Assembly: GCA_945952115.1 (NCBI GenBank)
Contig: CAMFHA010000001.1
Span: forward strand, 3,579 to 67,578
DNA: 64,000 nucleotides
Direction: 5' to 3'
Source of the DNA: an uncultured Legionella sp.
GTDB taxonomy: Bacteria > Pseudomonadota > Gammaproteobacteria > Legionellales > Legionellaceae
How positions within the stretch are numbered: the first letter of the stretch is position 1; every line of letters starts with the position of its first letter. The position numbers were made by a program, and so were the translations under genes. Shown here in pieces: positions 1-9,680 of the stretch. The notes beneath the pieces are model-generated. The model did no database searches. It was not told the DNA's origin and worked only from the letters and a program-made list of their open reading frames with translations.

Positions 1-893
1 TTTATACCGAAATGCAAACAACAGGTGCTGTAAGCAATAATCCAAAGCGCGCTTTAAAATTTAATCCAATAGAACATCCTATCGCACTTCAATTAGGTGG
101 TTCAGACAAAAAAACCTTAGCCGAAAGTGCATGCAAGGCGGAAATAGAGGGATATGACGAGATTAATCTTAATTTAGGTTGCCCCAGTGATAGAGTGCAA
201 GCAGGGCGCTTCGGTGCGTGTTTAATGAAAGAACCCGCTCAGGTTTTTGAATGTATCCGGGCAATGAAAAAAGCTGTTACGATTCCAGTAACCAGTAAAA
301 CAAGGATTGGAATTGATCAACAAGATAGCTATGAGTTTTTTAGAACTTTTGCTTTGGGTTTGGTTGAGGCAGGTAGTGATAAACTAATAGTGCATGCGCG
401 TAAGGCTTGGTTAAATGGTTTAAACCCAAAACAAAACCGAACGATTCCTCCTGTTCACTATGATTATGTTTATAGAATTAAAGAAGAGCTTCCTCACATT
501 CCAGTAATTATAAATGGCAATATACAATCTCTTAAAGAAGTAAAAGAACATTTAAACTATGTTGATGGTGTTATGTTAGGGCGCTTAGCTTGTGATAATT
601 CGTACCAAATTGCTCGCATTCATCATGCTTTATACCCACATCATCCTCTTTTAACTCATAAACAGTTATTTTTGCTTTATAAAGAGTATATGATTAATGA
701 ATATTATAGTGGAGTAGCTTTAAGTTTATTAATTAAGCCTATATTTACGCTTGCTCATGGTATGCCGGGAGCAAGCCAATGGAAAAAAATATTAATGTTA
801 CTTTTGCAAACAAAAGATTTATTGTTATTAGATGAGCTCATCGATTACTTTGATCAAGCAGAACGTCTCTATGAGAATATTATTAATGAATAG
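1..893 (+). CDS. dusA: tRNA-dihydrouridine synthase A, 5'-truncated by the window edge
   Basis: The frame is open from the window start. It has the TEMxTTGA...HPIALQLGGSD block and the NLNLGCPSDRVQAGRFGACLM catalytic-Cys motif typical of DusA. Confidence 0.85.
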   Translation, partial: YTEMQTTGAVSNNPKRALKFNPIEHPIALQLGGSDKKTLAESACKAEIEGYDEINLNLGCPSDRVQAGRFGACLMKEPAQVFECIRAMKKAVTIPVTSKTRIGIDQQDSYEFFRTFALGLVEAGSDKLIVHARKAWLNGLNPKQNRTIPPVHYDYVYRIKEELPHIPVIINGNIQSLKEVKEHLNYVDGVMLGRLACDNSYQIARIHHALYPHHPLLTHKQLFLLYKEYMINEYYSGVALSLLIKPIFTLAHGMPGASQWKKILMLLLQTKDLLLLDELIDYFDQAERLYENIINE

Positions 894-1236
894 TTCTTTG
901 CTTACTATTGTATTGCTCGTTTGTTCCAATGCTTTTATGACCGTAGCTTGGTATTGGCATTTAAAAGGCTATGTTAATAAACCAATTTTTTTGGTTATTT
1001 TAGTAAGTTGGTTCATAGCTTTCTTTGAGTATTTGTTGCAAATTCCAGCAAATCGCATTGGTTTTACTCAAGCTCATTATTCTTTATCGCAATTAAAAAT
1101 TATTCAAGAAGTAATTAGTTTATCTGTGTTTATTCCATTTGCGATATTGTATATGCACCAGAAAATTACTCTAAATTATTTATGGGCTGGGTTGTGTGTT
1201 TTAGGCGCAGTTTATTTTATTTTTAAAACCAATTAG
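886..1236 (+). CDS. Small DMT-like inner membrane protein (DUF486 family)
   Basis: SNAFMTVAWYWHLK, FEYLLQIPANRIG and LSQLKIIQEVISLSVF resemble the DUF486 family. I moved the start to ATG 886, which overlaps the dusA stop (ATGAATAG). Confidence 0.7.
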   Translation: MNSSLLTIVLLVCSNAFMTVAWYWHLKGYVNKPIFLVILVSWFIAFFEYLLQIPANRIGFTQAHYSLSQLKIIQEVISLSVFIPFAILYMHQKITLNYLWAGLCVLGAVYFIFKTN

Positions 1237-1527
1237 CCCGATTATCCTTTTCACTTAAACTCTGAATTAGATACCCTCTATGAGGGTCTATAACCTTTAT
1301 CACTGAAAAATAAAAAAATTGAAATCGTTCTTGATTTCTGCATTTCGTTCCTAAAGATGACATTTTTAACATTATTTTAAAAAATGCTCAAAGTCCTATA
1401 GCGGTACTCATGGTATTTTCTTGTGATTTCTAGTACATTAATGCATTTGTTATTTATACTTCGCGTGGTCAAAAGCCGTAAATTATGATCGTACGAAATA
1501 TAAAATATCCAGAGGATTATCTAAGCC

Positions 1528-4215
1528 ATGCTGAATACGTTAATTAAGAAAATGTTTGGTAGCCGAAATGAGCGCACATTACGGCGTATGGAAAAGGCAG
1601 TAATGGCTATTAATGCTTTTGAACCAGAAATGAAGGCATTAAGTGATGCTGAACTTGCTGCCAAAACAGCTCAATTTAAAGCACGTTTCTCTGAAGGTGA
1701 ACGCCTTGATGAGCTACTTGCTGAAGCATTTGCAACGGTTAGAGAAGTTTCTGTCCGCACACTAGGCCTTCGTCATTTTGATGTGCAATTAATAGGTGGA
1801 ATGGTTTTACATGAGGGCAATATTGCAGAAATGCGTACTGGTGAAGGTAAGACTCTTGTAGCAACTTTACCAGCTTATTTAAATGCTATTAGCGGTCTTG
1901 GCGTTCATGTAGTTACTGTAAATGATTATTTGGCTAAGCGCGATAGTCAATGGATGAAGCCTGTATTTGAATTTTTAGGTCTTACTGTAGGTGTTATTTA
2001 TCCTGATATGGGACATGCTGAGAAACAAGCTGCTTATCGATGTGATATTGTTTATGGAACAAATAATGAATATGGTTTTGATTATTTACGCGACAATATG
2101 GCATTTAGCTTGGCAGATAAGGTGCAGCGCGAACTTAATTTTGCTATTGTCGACGAAGTGGATTCCATCCTTATTGATGAAGCGCGTACACCACTTATTA
2201 TTTCTGGCTCAGCAGAAGACAGCTCCGAACTGTATATTAAAATTAATAAACTAATTCCTCAATTAAAGAAACAAGAAGAAGAGGGAGATGATGGTGATTT
2301 CACCATTGATGAGAAACAAAAACAAGCACATCTTACAGATGCTGGCCATATTCACATTGAAAATCTATTAACAGAAGCTAAATTGCTTGAGCCAGGTGAA
2401 AGCCTCTATCATGCCAGTAACATTATGTTAATGCATCATGTTAATGCTGCGTTAAAAGCTCATGCTATGTTTCATCGTGATATTGATTACATTGTTAAAG
2501 ATAAACAAGTGGTTATTGTTGATGAACACACTGGACGTACGATGCCGGGACGTCGTTGGTCAGAAGGTTTACATCAAGCAGTGGAAGCCAAAGAAGGGGT
2601 AGCCATTCAAAATGAAAACCAAACTCTAGCATCCATCACCTTTCAAAATTTCTTTCGTATGTATAATAAATTATCTGGAATGACAGGTACTGCGGATACA
2701 GAAGCTTATGAATTCCAGCAAATTTATAATTTAGAAGTAGTTGTTATTCCCACTAATAAACAGATGATGAGAAAAGATGAGCCGGATTTAGTTTTTCTTA
2801 CACAAATGGATAAGTATCAAGCAATTATTGAGGATATTCGTGAATGTTCTCAAAGGAAACAACCTGTATTAGTAGGGACCGCTTCTATTGAAGCTTCTGA
2901 ACTTTTAAGTCAATTATTACAAAAAGTACAAATTAAACATCAAGTATTAAATGCAAAATTTCATGAAAAAGAAGCGCAAATCGTTGCTGAAGCAGGGCGG
3001 CCTGGTGCTGTAACTATTGCCACTAATATGGCAGGCCGTGGAACGGACATTGTTCTAGGAGGTAGTTTATCTGCTGATTTAGCTCAAGTGCCAGAAGAAG
3101 CAAGTCAAGAGCAGAAAGAGGCTTTAAAAGTAGAATGGCAAAAACGACATGATGAAGTTTTGGCTGCGGGTGGTTTACGCATTATTGGTTCTGAGCGTCA
3201 TGAGTCACGTCGTATTGATAATCAGTTGCGTGGACGTTCTGGTCGTCAAGGAGATGTTGGAAGTAGCCGTTTTTATTTATCTTTAGAAGATAATTTAATG
3301 CGCATTTTTGCTTCTGAGCGAGTAGCCAATATGATGCGTCGTTTAGGTATGAAGCCTGGTGAGCCCATTGAGCATTCTTTAGTAACTAAAGCAATTGAAA
3401 ATGCTCAGCGCAAATTAGAAGGTCATCATTTCGATGTGAGAAAACAATTATTAGATTATGACAATGTTGCTAATGCTCAACGCCAAGTAATTTATACTCA
3501 GCGTGCTTCTATGATGGAAATAGAAGATACCGAAGAAGTGGTTGCAATGATGAGAGAGGAGGTAATTACTGCTTTAGTCAACTCCTATATTCCGCCTCAA
3601 AGTCTTGAAGATCAATGGGAATCTAAAACTTTATCTGAGGTCTTAGAAGACGAATTTAAAATTAAGGCTGATGTAGCAGAATGGATTGAACAAGATCACA
3701 CCATTCAACCAGAGCAAATTAAAGAGAAAATTTTAGCTTTAGCTAATGCTCATTATAATGAAAAAGTAGCAAAAACAATGCGTCAAGTGATGTCTCAATT
3801 CGAAAAGTCTGTAATTTTACAAACCTTAGATAATCATTGGCGTGAGCATTTAGCTGCCATGGATCATTTAAGACAAGGCATTCATTTACGAGGTTATGCT
3901 CAAAAAGATCCTAAACAAGAATATAAAAGAGAAGCATTTACTCTATTTACAGAAATGCTTGATACCATCAAGCATGATATCACAAAGCTTATTTTATCAG
4001 TTGAAATTCAAAGCCAAGAAGATGTGCAAGCAGTAGAAGATCAGCGACGTGCAGATCAAATTCAAAAAATGAATTTAACTCATGAAAGTGCTTTGGAAAT
4101 AGAAGAAAATAGCGAGCAAACCTTTAGACGTCAAGAGAAAAAAATAGGCCGCAATGATCCATGTCCTTGTGGTTCTGGAAAAAAATATAAATCATGTCAT
4201 GGCAGTTTAGCATGA
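1528..4215 (+). CDS. secA: Preprotein translocase ATPase SecA
   Basis: 895 aa with [78 protein letters not shown] and a C-terminal Zn finger [19 protein letters not shown] lies 11 nt upstream of the ATG. Confidence 0.98.
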   Translation: MLNTLIKKMFGSRNERTLRRMEKAVMAINAFEPEMKALSDAELAAKTAQFKARFSEGERLDELLAEAFATVREVSVRTLGLRHFDVQLIGGMVLHEGNIAEMRTGEGKTLVATLPAYLNAISGLGVHVVTVNDYLAKRDSQWMKPVFEFLGLTVGVIYPDMGHAEKQAAYRCDIVYGTNNEYGFDYLRDNMAFSLADKVQRELNFAIVDEVDSILIDEARTPLIISGSAEDSSELYIKINKLIPQLKKQEEEGDDGDFTIDEKQKQAHLTDAGHIHIENLLTEAKLLEPGESLYHASNIMLMHHVNAALKAHAMFHRDIDYIVKDKQVVIVDEHTGRTMPGRRWSEGLHQAVEAKEGVAIQNENQTLASITFQNFFRMYNKLSGMTGTADTEAYEFQQIYNLEVVVIPTNKQMMRKDEPDLVFLTQMDKYQAIIEDIRECSQRKQPVLVGTASIEASELLSQLLQKVQIKHQVLNAKFHEKEAQIVAEAGRPGAVTIATNMAGRGTDIVLGGSLSADLAQVPEEASQEQKEALKVEWQKRHDEVLAAGGLRIIGSERHESRRIDNQLRGRSGRQGDVGSSRFYLSLEDNLMRIFASERVANMMRRLGMKPGEPIEHSLVTKAIENAQRKLEGHHFDVRKQLLDYDNVANAQRQVIYTQRASMMEIEDTEEVVAMMREEVITALVNSYIPPQSLEDQWESKTLSEVLEDEFKIKADVAEWIEQDHTIQPEQIKEKILALANAHYNEKVAKTMRQVMSQFEKSVILQTLDNHWREHLAAMDHLRQGIHLRGYAQKDPKQEYKREAFTLFTEMLDTIKHDITKLILSVEIQSQEDVQAVEDQRRADQIQKMNLTHESALEIEENSEQTFRRQEKKIGRNDPCPCGSGKKYKSCHGSLA

Positions 4216-4637
4216 GCATTAAAGTAGCTGTTGCCATTATTACTGACGGTGAACAGCGTATTTTAATTACCCAACGTCCTTTAGATGTTCCTCAAGGGGG
4301 ATGTTGGGAATTTCCTGGTGGAAAGCTAGAAATTAATGAATCAGCTGAACATGCTTTAATAAGAGAAGTTAAAGAAGAACTTGGTATTGATGTAAAAAAA
4401 TATCAGTTGTTAGGAGAAATAGAGCACCAATATACTGATAAGCGAGTTTGTTTAATTATTTTTCATGTAAGCGAGTTTTCTGGTATAGCGTCTTGCCTAG
4501 AAGGACAACTAGGGCTTAAGTGGATTAATAAAGAGTTATTAAATCCTAATGATTTTCCTGAGGCTAATCGTGCTATCTTTAAATTATTGGTTGAGACCCG
4601 ACATTCCGCAGCACAGTATTTTTTAGATAAAAAGTGA
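4212..4637 (+). CDS. mutT: 8-oxo-dGTP diphosphatase (NUDIX hydrolase MutT)
   Basis: NUDIX box [27 protein letters not shown] 4212 overlaps the secA stop (ATGA), and secA-mutT synteny is classic. The last ~14 codons lie inside a palindromic element. Confidence 0.85.
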   Translation: MSIKVAVAIITDGEQRILITQRPLDVPQGGCWEFPGGKLEINESAEHALIREVKEELGIDVKKYQLLGEIEHQYTDKRVCLIIFHVSEFSGIASCLEGQLGLKWINKELLNPNDFPEANRAIFKLLVETRHSAAQYFLDKK

Positions 4638-4745
4638 GTAAATTTGAATTTTAAAGCGCAGTTTACATACAAGTAAATGAGCATTTAAAATTCAAATTTA
4701 CTCACTTTTTAGCAAAAAAGACGAAGCTGCGGAATGTCGGTGAGA
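4593..4745. repeat. About 150-bp palindromic element spanning the mutT 3' end
   Basis: Perfect 27-bp inner arms at 4629-4655 and 4684-4710 (aaaaagtgagtaaatttgaattttaaa and its reverse complement). The outer arms include ccgacattccgcagc (about 4598-4612) and gctgcggaatgtcgg (4725-4739). Confidence 0.85.
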
Positions 4746-4787
4746 CTGAAATAAATACCTAGTAAATTGACGCCATTACCTAACTTT

Positions 4788-6590
4788 TTATGTAATTTTT
4801 ATATAATAATCCTGAGGAATATAATTCGTTAATTTCAAGCACCAAATAGAGTAATCCGATTTATTTTCTATTAAAGAAAAGCCTAATCTTTTATATAAAT
4901 CAGAAACAATTTTATTTTTAACGGAAGGGTAGTAATAACCGATGATTTGCTCAATTTCTAATGAGCGACAATATTCAATTAATAGATGAAACATAGCATA
5001 TTCCATCGTTCTTTTAAAAACTCTGCAACTCATTATCCATAGCTCAATATGACACTCTTTGTTAAGAATCTTCGAAATAATTACTGAAATAAGGCCATGA
5101 TCACCATAGCAGTCTGATAAACGCCCATATACATTTAGATAATTAGGATTTGATGAAATAGTTTCTATTTCTATTAAACTAAATAGCTTATTAGTTAAAT
5201 TAAATTGATGGGTTTTGTGGATAAGTTGAGTAATGCGTTGCCAATAGAGTGGAGTAAAGGGTTTAATTTCTGCTTTCATTTCTAAACTAGAAAGAAAATC
5301 AGCGTAATTTAAATGTTGAGATATATTTTGAATTGGAACAGATTTTATTTTGTAAAAATCATTTCGATTAATATCTTCCATTGAAAGCCCTGCTGTCTCA
5401 AAATAATAGTTTTTATCAATAAACTCTATAAAATTAATAACATCATTACCTACATTAGGTACTGTAACTTCAGGAAGAGCTTCTGTAACTATTTGGCGTT
5501 CAGCTTGGTTATCATCAATAAAAACAATACTATCTAGATGAATATTCAAATGATCAGCGATTTTTATTAGATTCTTATATTTGGGTTCCCAGTCTGCTTC
5601 GAAAGCAGCAAAATCATTTTCTTTTAATACAGAATCAGGATGTGTAAAACCCATTTTCGCATTCGCAAGATCATTTTTAGAGCAAACAGATAAAATAATC
5701 CCGCGATCTTTTAATGATTTAAGATAATGCTGAAATTCAGTATAAACTTCTGCTAAAGCAGATTCAATGCCAATAATTATTCCATCAAGCCCATCATCAC
5801 CTATTTGGCCGCCCCAGCACGTGTTATCTAAATCTAAGGCTAAACATTTTTTTGCTATTCCTAGAAGACTACCGATAAGAGCAGAAAGACTGTGAGCTAG
5901 ATGAGGAATAGCTTCATAGCTTAAAGCATATCGAGCAGAATACCATAATTGCTTATCAAACCACTTATTTAACCCTAGGCTTGCAGCTAAATAATTAATA
6001 TCGTGTATATATAAATAGTTTTTTTGTTGCGCTTCATGTGAAAAAAAACTATTTAAACAGTTAATATAACAGACCTGGCCATGAGGGTCTGAATTATCTA
6101 AATTTCCAAGAATACGATATTGAGGATAATCAAAATTATTTTGAATGATTGGACATTGATATTGAAGTAAAGAGGTCCAAATACGTCTATATTTTTCTTT
6201 CTCTTGGTTTAATAGTTCTTCAATTCTTGTCTGAGAATCTTTAAATTGAGGATAAAGTATTATATTTTTATAGCTAGTATGAATATAAATAATATCTGGT
6301 TTAAATTGTTCAAGGCCTTTATTTTCAAAGACAGCTTCTTCGTAAAACTTATTAAAATCTGACTCGTAAAATTCAGGTTTAATTCCTATTTTTAAAAGAA
6401 AAAGCTCTACAATATCTTTAACTGTTGAAGTGGTTGAGCCACTTAAGAAAGCAATTCGTTTGGGTATTAGTTGATTATTAAGTAATAACTCTCTTTTAAT
6501 AACACTTTTCTTTCTTAAAATTAAAGCAGAATCCAAAGGATAGTTCAGCGCAGAATTAAAAAATGAGCTGTTTAGATTATTTTTTTTCAA
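4788..6590 (-). CDS. FkbH-like HAD-IIIC phosphatase/acyltransferase protein
   Basis: HAD motif LALDLDNTCWGGQIGDDGLDGIIIG (DxDxT) plus a C-terminal GNAT-like block (WIMSCRVFKRTMEYAMF). Apparent TTG start with AAGGA upstream. Very AT-rich. Confidence 0.75.
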   Translation of the reverse strand: MKKNNLNSSFFNSALNYPLDSALILRKKSVIKRELLLNNQLIPKRIAFLSGSTTSTVKDIVELFLLKIGIKPEFYESDFNKFYEEAVFENKGLEQFKPDIIYIHTSYKNIILYPQFKDSQTRIEELLNQEKEKYRRIWTSLLQYQCPIIQNNFDYPQYRILGNLDNSDPHGQVCYINCLNSFFSHEAQQKNYLYIHDINYLAASLGLNKWFDKQLWYSARYALSYEAIPHLAHSLSALIGSLLGIAKKCLALDLDNTCWGGQIGDDGLDGIIIGIESALAEVYTEFQHYLKSLKDRGIILSVCSKNDLANAKMGFTHPDSVLKENDFAAFEADWEPKYKNLIKIADHLNIHLDSIVFIDDNQAERQIVTEALPEVTVPNVGNDVINFIEFIDKNYYFETAGLSMEDINRNDFYKIKSVPIQNISQHLNYADFLSSLEMKAEIKPFTPLYWQRITQLIHKTHQFNLTNKLFSLIEIETISSNPNYLNVYGRLSDCYGDHGLISVIISKILNKECHIELWIMSCRVFKRTMEYAMFHLLIEYCRSLEIEQIIGYYYPSVKNKIVSDLYKRLGFSLIENKSDYSIWCLKLTNYIPQDYYIKIT

Positions 6591-6657
6591 GGAAATGTCC
6601 TTAAAAAGTGAGCTAAACTACATGAGCAAAAATAAGCTTTAAAAACATGCGCGTTCT

Positions 6658-9543
6658 TTAATCTAAAAAAAGCTTATTCATATAATTTATAATTTGTTCA
6701 TGCAGACCTTTTTTCATAGTCGTATTTAAAATCACAACAAATTGTGAATCTAAATTATATATTCTTAAAAATACACCCAAGTTAATACCAAACTCTATTT
6801 CATTAGTAGTAGCATTCCAGTCAATATATTTATTGTGAATATATTCATTACTATTTAATTTATTAATATAGGTATACACTATAGGATGAAGTTGATCTGT
6901 AATTGAAAGATAATTTCGATCTATAAGCTCTTTCTCCCAAATTGCGGATAGTGCTGAATAACTCATATTTTTAAAATATAAAATAAATAATTTATTTAGT
7001 TCTTGAGCACCATCTAATAGGGTTTTATTTTTACTGTCATAAAAAATAGGTAAGCTAGTTGCTATATTAGTAATAAGAGTTTTAATATGTTCAATAGGTA
7101 AATTTCGATTTGAAAAGCTAACATAAAACATCAGTTTTGTGTTATTTATTAATTGTTGTATTGCTTGATTCAGTATCAATGCAAAAAGAACGCTATAGGG
7201 AATATTTATTAGCTTATTATTCGAAATATATTGATCGGTTTTTTCTTTTGTAATTAAAAAGCATGAATTTCGAGGCACTAAATCGATATCAAAAAGATGC
7301 CTAACTTGATTGTATTCAATGGGATTTATTTTTAATAATTCTTTTTCAAATTCATATAAAGAGTTATTAGTAGGCAGCCAAATTTCATTTATTTTATTTA
7401 AAGCTTTAATTTCTTCATTTTTAGGTAACTTACTCTCTTTATAACCTTCATAATTACGAAATAGTTCTTCACGAATCAGAAGAGCAGACCAACCATCTAA
7501 AGCAATATGATTAAAAGCAATAATTAAGAAGTTTTGCTTATTTTTTTTTTGCAAATAGATATAGACTAATCGCTCAGAATACGTAAAAACACTCAGTTTT
7601 GATCTATATTTTTTAAATAAAAGAGGAGTTTTTAACCAAAAATTAGTTTGAGATTCTGTTTTTTCAAAAAAATATTCATCCTTTATATTTACTAGTTTGC
7701 AAGACAGCATAAAATGTTGATCAATAGTTTGAGCAATAGCTAACTCTAACTTATCCAGATCAACTTTTTTATCTAGGCAAAAACTTGACACTAAGTAAAT
7801 TTCTCTTTTTTGTTGGATAAAATAAGCTTCTGATAACCAATGTAATTTAACAGCATGCTTTATTTTTGTATCTTTAAAGTTCATGGGGGTTAAATAAGAA
7901 TAAAGATCTTTAATTTTTGTATGCGCATTAATTCGTGAACTATCAAACCATTTGCCGGTTTTTTTTAAAAAAAATAAAGACAGTTCAATATAGTCAATGG
8001 ATTCAAGTCCTAAATTCTGAATTAGAGTGTTATTATCAATATCTTGATCTGGAAAAAATTTTTTAAAATACTGGTTTAAATCATTTTTCCGAGGAATACA
8101 GACTATTTTATTTAATGCAAGATAATCTATTTTCCCACTTTGGGTTTTGGGAAAATCTTCCACAAAATGGTAATGACTTGGGTGCATGTAATTAGGTAAA
8201 TGCTGCTTTAGAGTTACTTTAATTGTAGATAATAAATCTTTATCCTTTTGGTTTTTTTTAACAAATAAATGAATTTCATTTTCTTTTTGGTCATTTATAA
8301 TACAAGTAAATTGATGTACAGGGTAGTTTTTTCTAAGTAAATATTCCAGTTGATCCAAGTTGATGATTTGACCATAGAGTTTAATTAGTCGATGACTTCT
8401 TGTATGATAATATAATTGCTTTTGTATAATTTTAACGAAATCATTAGTTTTAATAAACAGTTTATTATCTATCAAAAAATAACTTTTTTTTGTTTGTTTT
8501 GTATCGAAATAGCCTGTGGCAATATCTCCTGCAATGTAGATTTCATATCCTTTTTCTTTTGTTACTTTTAATCTATAATCACAGCCTGGTCGTAATTTTT
8601 CTAAATGAAATCGCTCCTTTTCCGTGATTATTTTTGTGATCTTTTTATAAAAAGGAACCAGAAATTCAGTTGCCCCATAAAGATTATAAAAAATAGTATT
8701 TGGATTCACATAGGTGAGCCAATAATTAACAGCTTTATCATCTAGAGGTTCTCCGCTTAATAAAATTAAACGCACACCAATTAATTGGTTTTGTGCATTA
8801 TTATGTTCTATATGCTCAATCACTATTTTAAATAGAGTAGGGGTCATATTTAAAATAGTGATCTTGTTTTCTATTAATTCATTTAAGATAAAGTTTATTT
8901 TATTTGCTTGAGTTTTAATAAAAGATATTTTTGCGCCAGCTAAAAGAGGAATAAATAGAGGGCGTAACGAGGCTACAAAAGAAAGCTCTGTGTTAAATAA
9001 AAAATGATCTCCTTGAGTAAGAGTAAATTCTTGAATACCCCAATGAAGGTAGCGCTGAATTACTTCATAACGATAATGTACTGCTTTAGGAAGTTCTGTT
9101 GTTCCAGAAGTAAAAAATACAATACCGGGTAACCAGCAAAAATTAGGCTTAAGGTGGTTAGATCGATAATAAAAAAAATCACTTAATTGTTCTTTATGTA
9201 ATTTATCTTTAAATTCTGAATCAAATGATTTAACTAATTCCTCTTCAATTATTAATAAATCTACAGAAAAGGTAGATAAATAAGATATTAATAGTTCTGG
9301 TGCAGTAGAAGTATGTATGGGAATATAGGTTTTATTTTTTAGTACTAATGCATGACATAAGCACAGCATCTCTAAAGAAGGTGAACTGTAAATCATTACA
9401 GTATTTACTTCTAATGAATCTAAAAATTCACAATAATATTTTATCTTGTTTATAATCTCAGCATAAAAAAAATTTGTAGATGAAAAATCGTTATTTTGTA
9501 AGAATAATTTCTGTTCTAAAAATAAAGCTAGTTTATTTTTCAC
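6658..9543 (-). CDS. Stand-alone NRPS-like protein with adenylation, carrier and condensation domains
   Basis: A-domain cores FFTSGTTELPKAV, NLYGATE, IKTNDF and PKTQSGKIDY. Carrier motif LGLESIDYIEL. C-domain motif FNHIALDGWS (HHxxxDG with the first His replaced by Asn). Apparent GTG start. Confidence 0.8.
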   Translation of the reverse strand: MKNKLALFLEQKLFLQNNDFSSTNFFYAEIINKIKYYCEFLDSLEVNTVMIYSSPSLEMLCLCHALVLKNKTYIPIHTSTAPELLISYLSTFSVDLLIIEEELVKSFDSEFKDKLHKEQLSDFFYYRSNHLKPNFCWLPGIVFFTSGTTELPKAVHYRYEVIQRYLHWGIQEFTLTQGDHFLFNTELSFVASLRPLFIPLLAGAKISFIKTQANKINFILNELIENKITILNMTPTLFKIVIEHIEHNNAQNQLIGVRLILLSGEPLDDKAVNYWLTYVNPNTIFYNLYGATEFLVPFYKKITKIITEKERFHLEKLRPGCDYRLKVTKEKGYEIYIAGDIATGYFDTKQTKKSYFLIDNKLFIKTNDFVKIIQKQLYYHTRSHRLIKLYGQIINLDQLEYLLRKNYPVHQFTCIINDQKENEIHLFVKKNQKDKDLLSTIKVTLKQHLPNYMHPSHYHFVEDFPKTQSGKIDYLALNKIVCIPRKNDLNQYFKKFFPDQDIDNNTLIQNLGLESIDYIELSLFFLKKTGKWFDSSRINAHTKIKDLYSYLTPMNFKDTKIKHAVKLHWLSEAYFIQQKREIYLVSSFCLDKKVDLDKLELAIAQTIDQHFMLSCKLVNIKDEYFFEKTESQTNFWLKTPLLFKKYRSKLSVFTYSERLVYIYLQKKNKQNFLIIAFNHIALDGWSALLIREELFRNYEGYKESKLPKNEEIKALNKINEIWLPTNNSLYEFEKELLKINPIEYNQVRHLFDIDLVPRNSCFLITKEKTDQYISNNKLINIPYSVLFALILNQAIQQLINNTKLMFYVSFSNRNLPIEHIKTLITNIATSLPIFYDSKNKTLLDGAQELNKLFILYFKNMSYSALSAIWEKELIDRNYLSITDQLHPIVYTYINKLNSNEYIHNKYIDWNATTNEIEFGINLGVFLRIYNLDSQFVVILNTTMKKGLHEQIINYMNKLFLD

Positions 9544-9617
9544 TAGGATTTACTCTGTATAATACTTAGTTAAATTATAGATTAATATTAAAAGAGCAGT
9601 TAAGAAATTTTATAAAA

Positions 9618-9652
9618 GGCTGGTGCTGAGCTTCGCAAGCTTAGCGCCAGTC
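9618..9652. terminator. Imperfect hairpin downstream of the 9681..10970 gene, T-rich on both sides
   Basis: ctggtgctgagctt-cgca-agcttagcgccag. The two non-Watson-Crick positions are G:U on + strand RNA but A:C on - strand RNA, so function on the - strand is uncertain. Confidence 0.35.
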
Positions 9653-9680
9653 TTTATTACTTTTGATATAGAGTGATCTC

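Noticed and set aside
1441-1547. Two overlapping mini-ORFs (MHLLFILRVVKSRKL and [20 protein letters not shown]), the second running into the secA start. I considered a SecM-like regulatory leader.
   Set aside because: Neither has a Shine-Dalgarno sequence, no arrest-peptide motif is recognisable, and such short ORFs are expected by chance in a 290-nt AT-rich leader.
1991-2254. 87-aa + strand ORF inside secA, and similar internal or antisense ORFs (18834..19199, 19434..19619, 20943..21131, 27796..27978, 31417..31617, 38604..38804, 43322..43537, 49308..49493, 52648..52863, 53353..53915, 56031..56599, 59791..59997, 61221..61451, 61854..62039)
   Set aside because: All are nested within, or antisense to, long ORFs with clear homology-type motifs. 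They have no independent support.
4463-4684. 73-aa - strand ORF overlapping the mutT 3' end
   Set aside because: It is generated by the mirror symmetry of the palindromic element at 4593..4745 and is antisense to a well-supported NUDIX gene.
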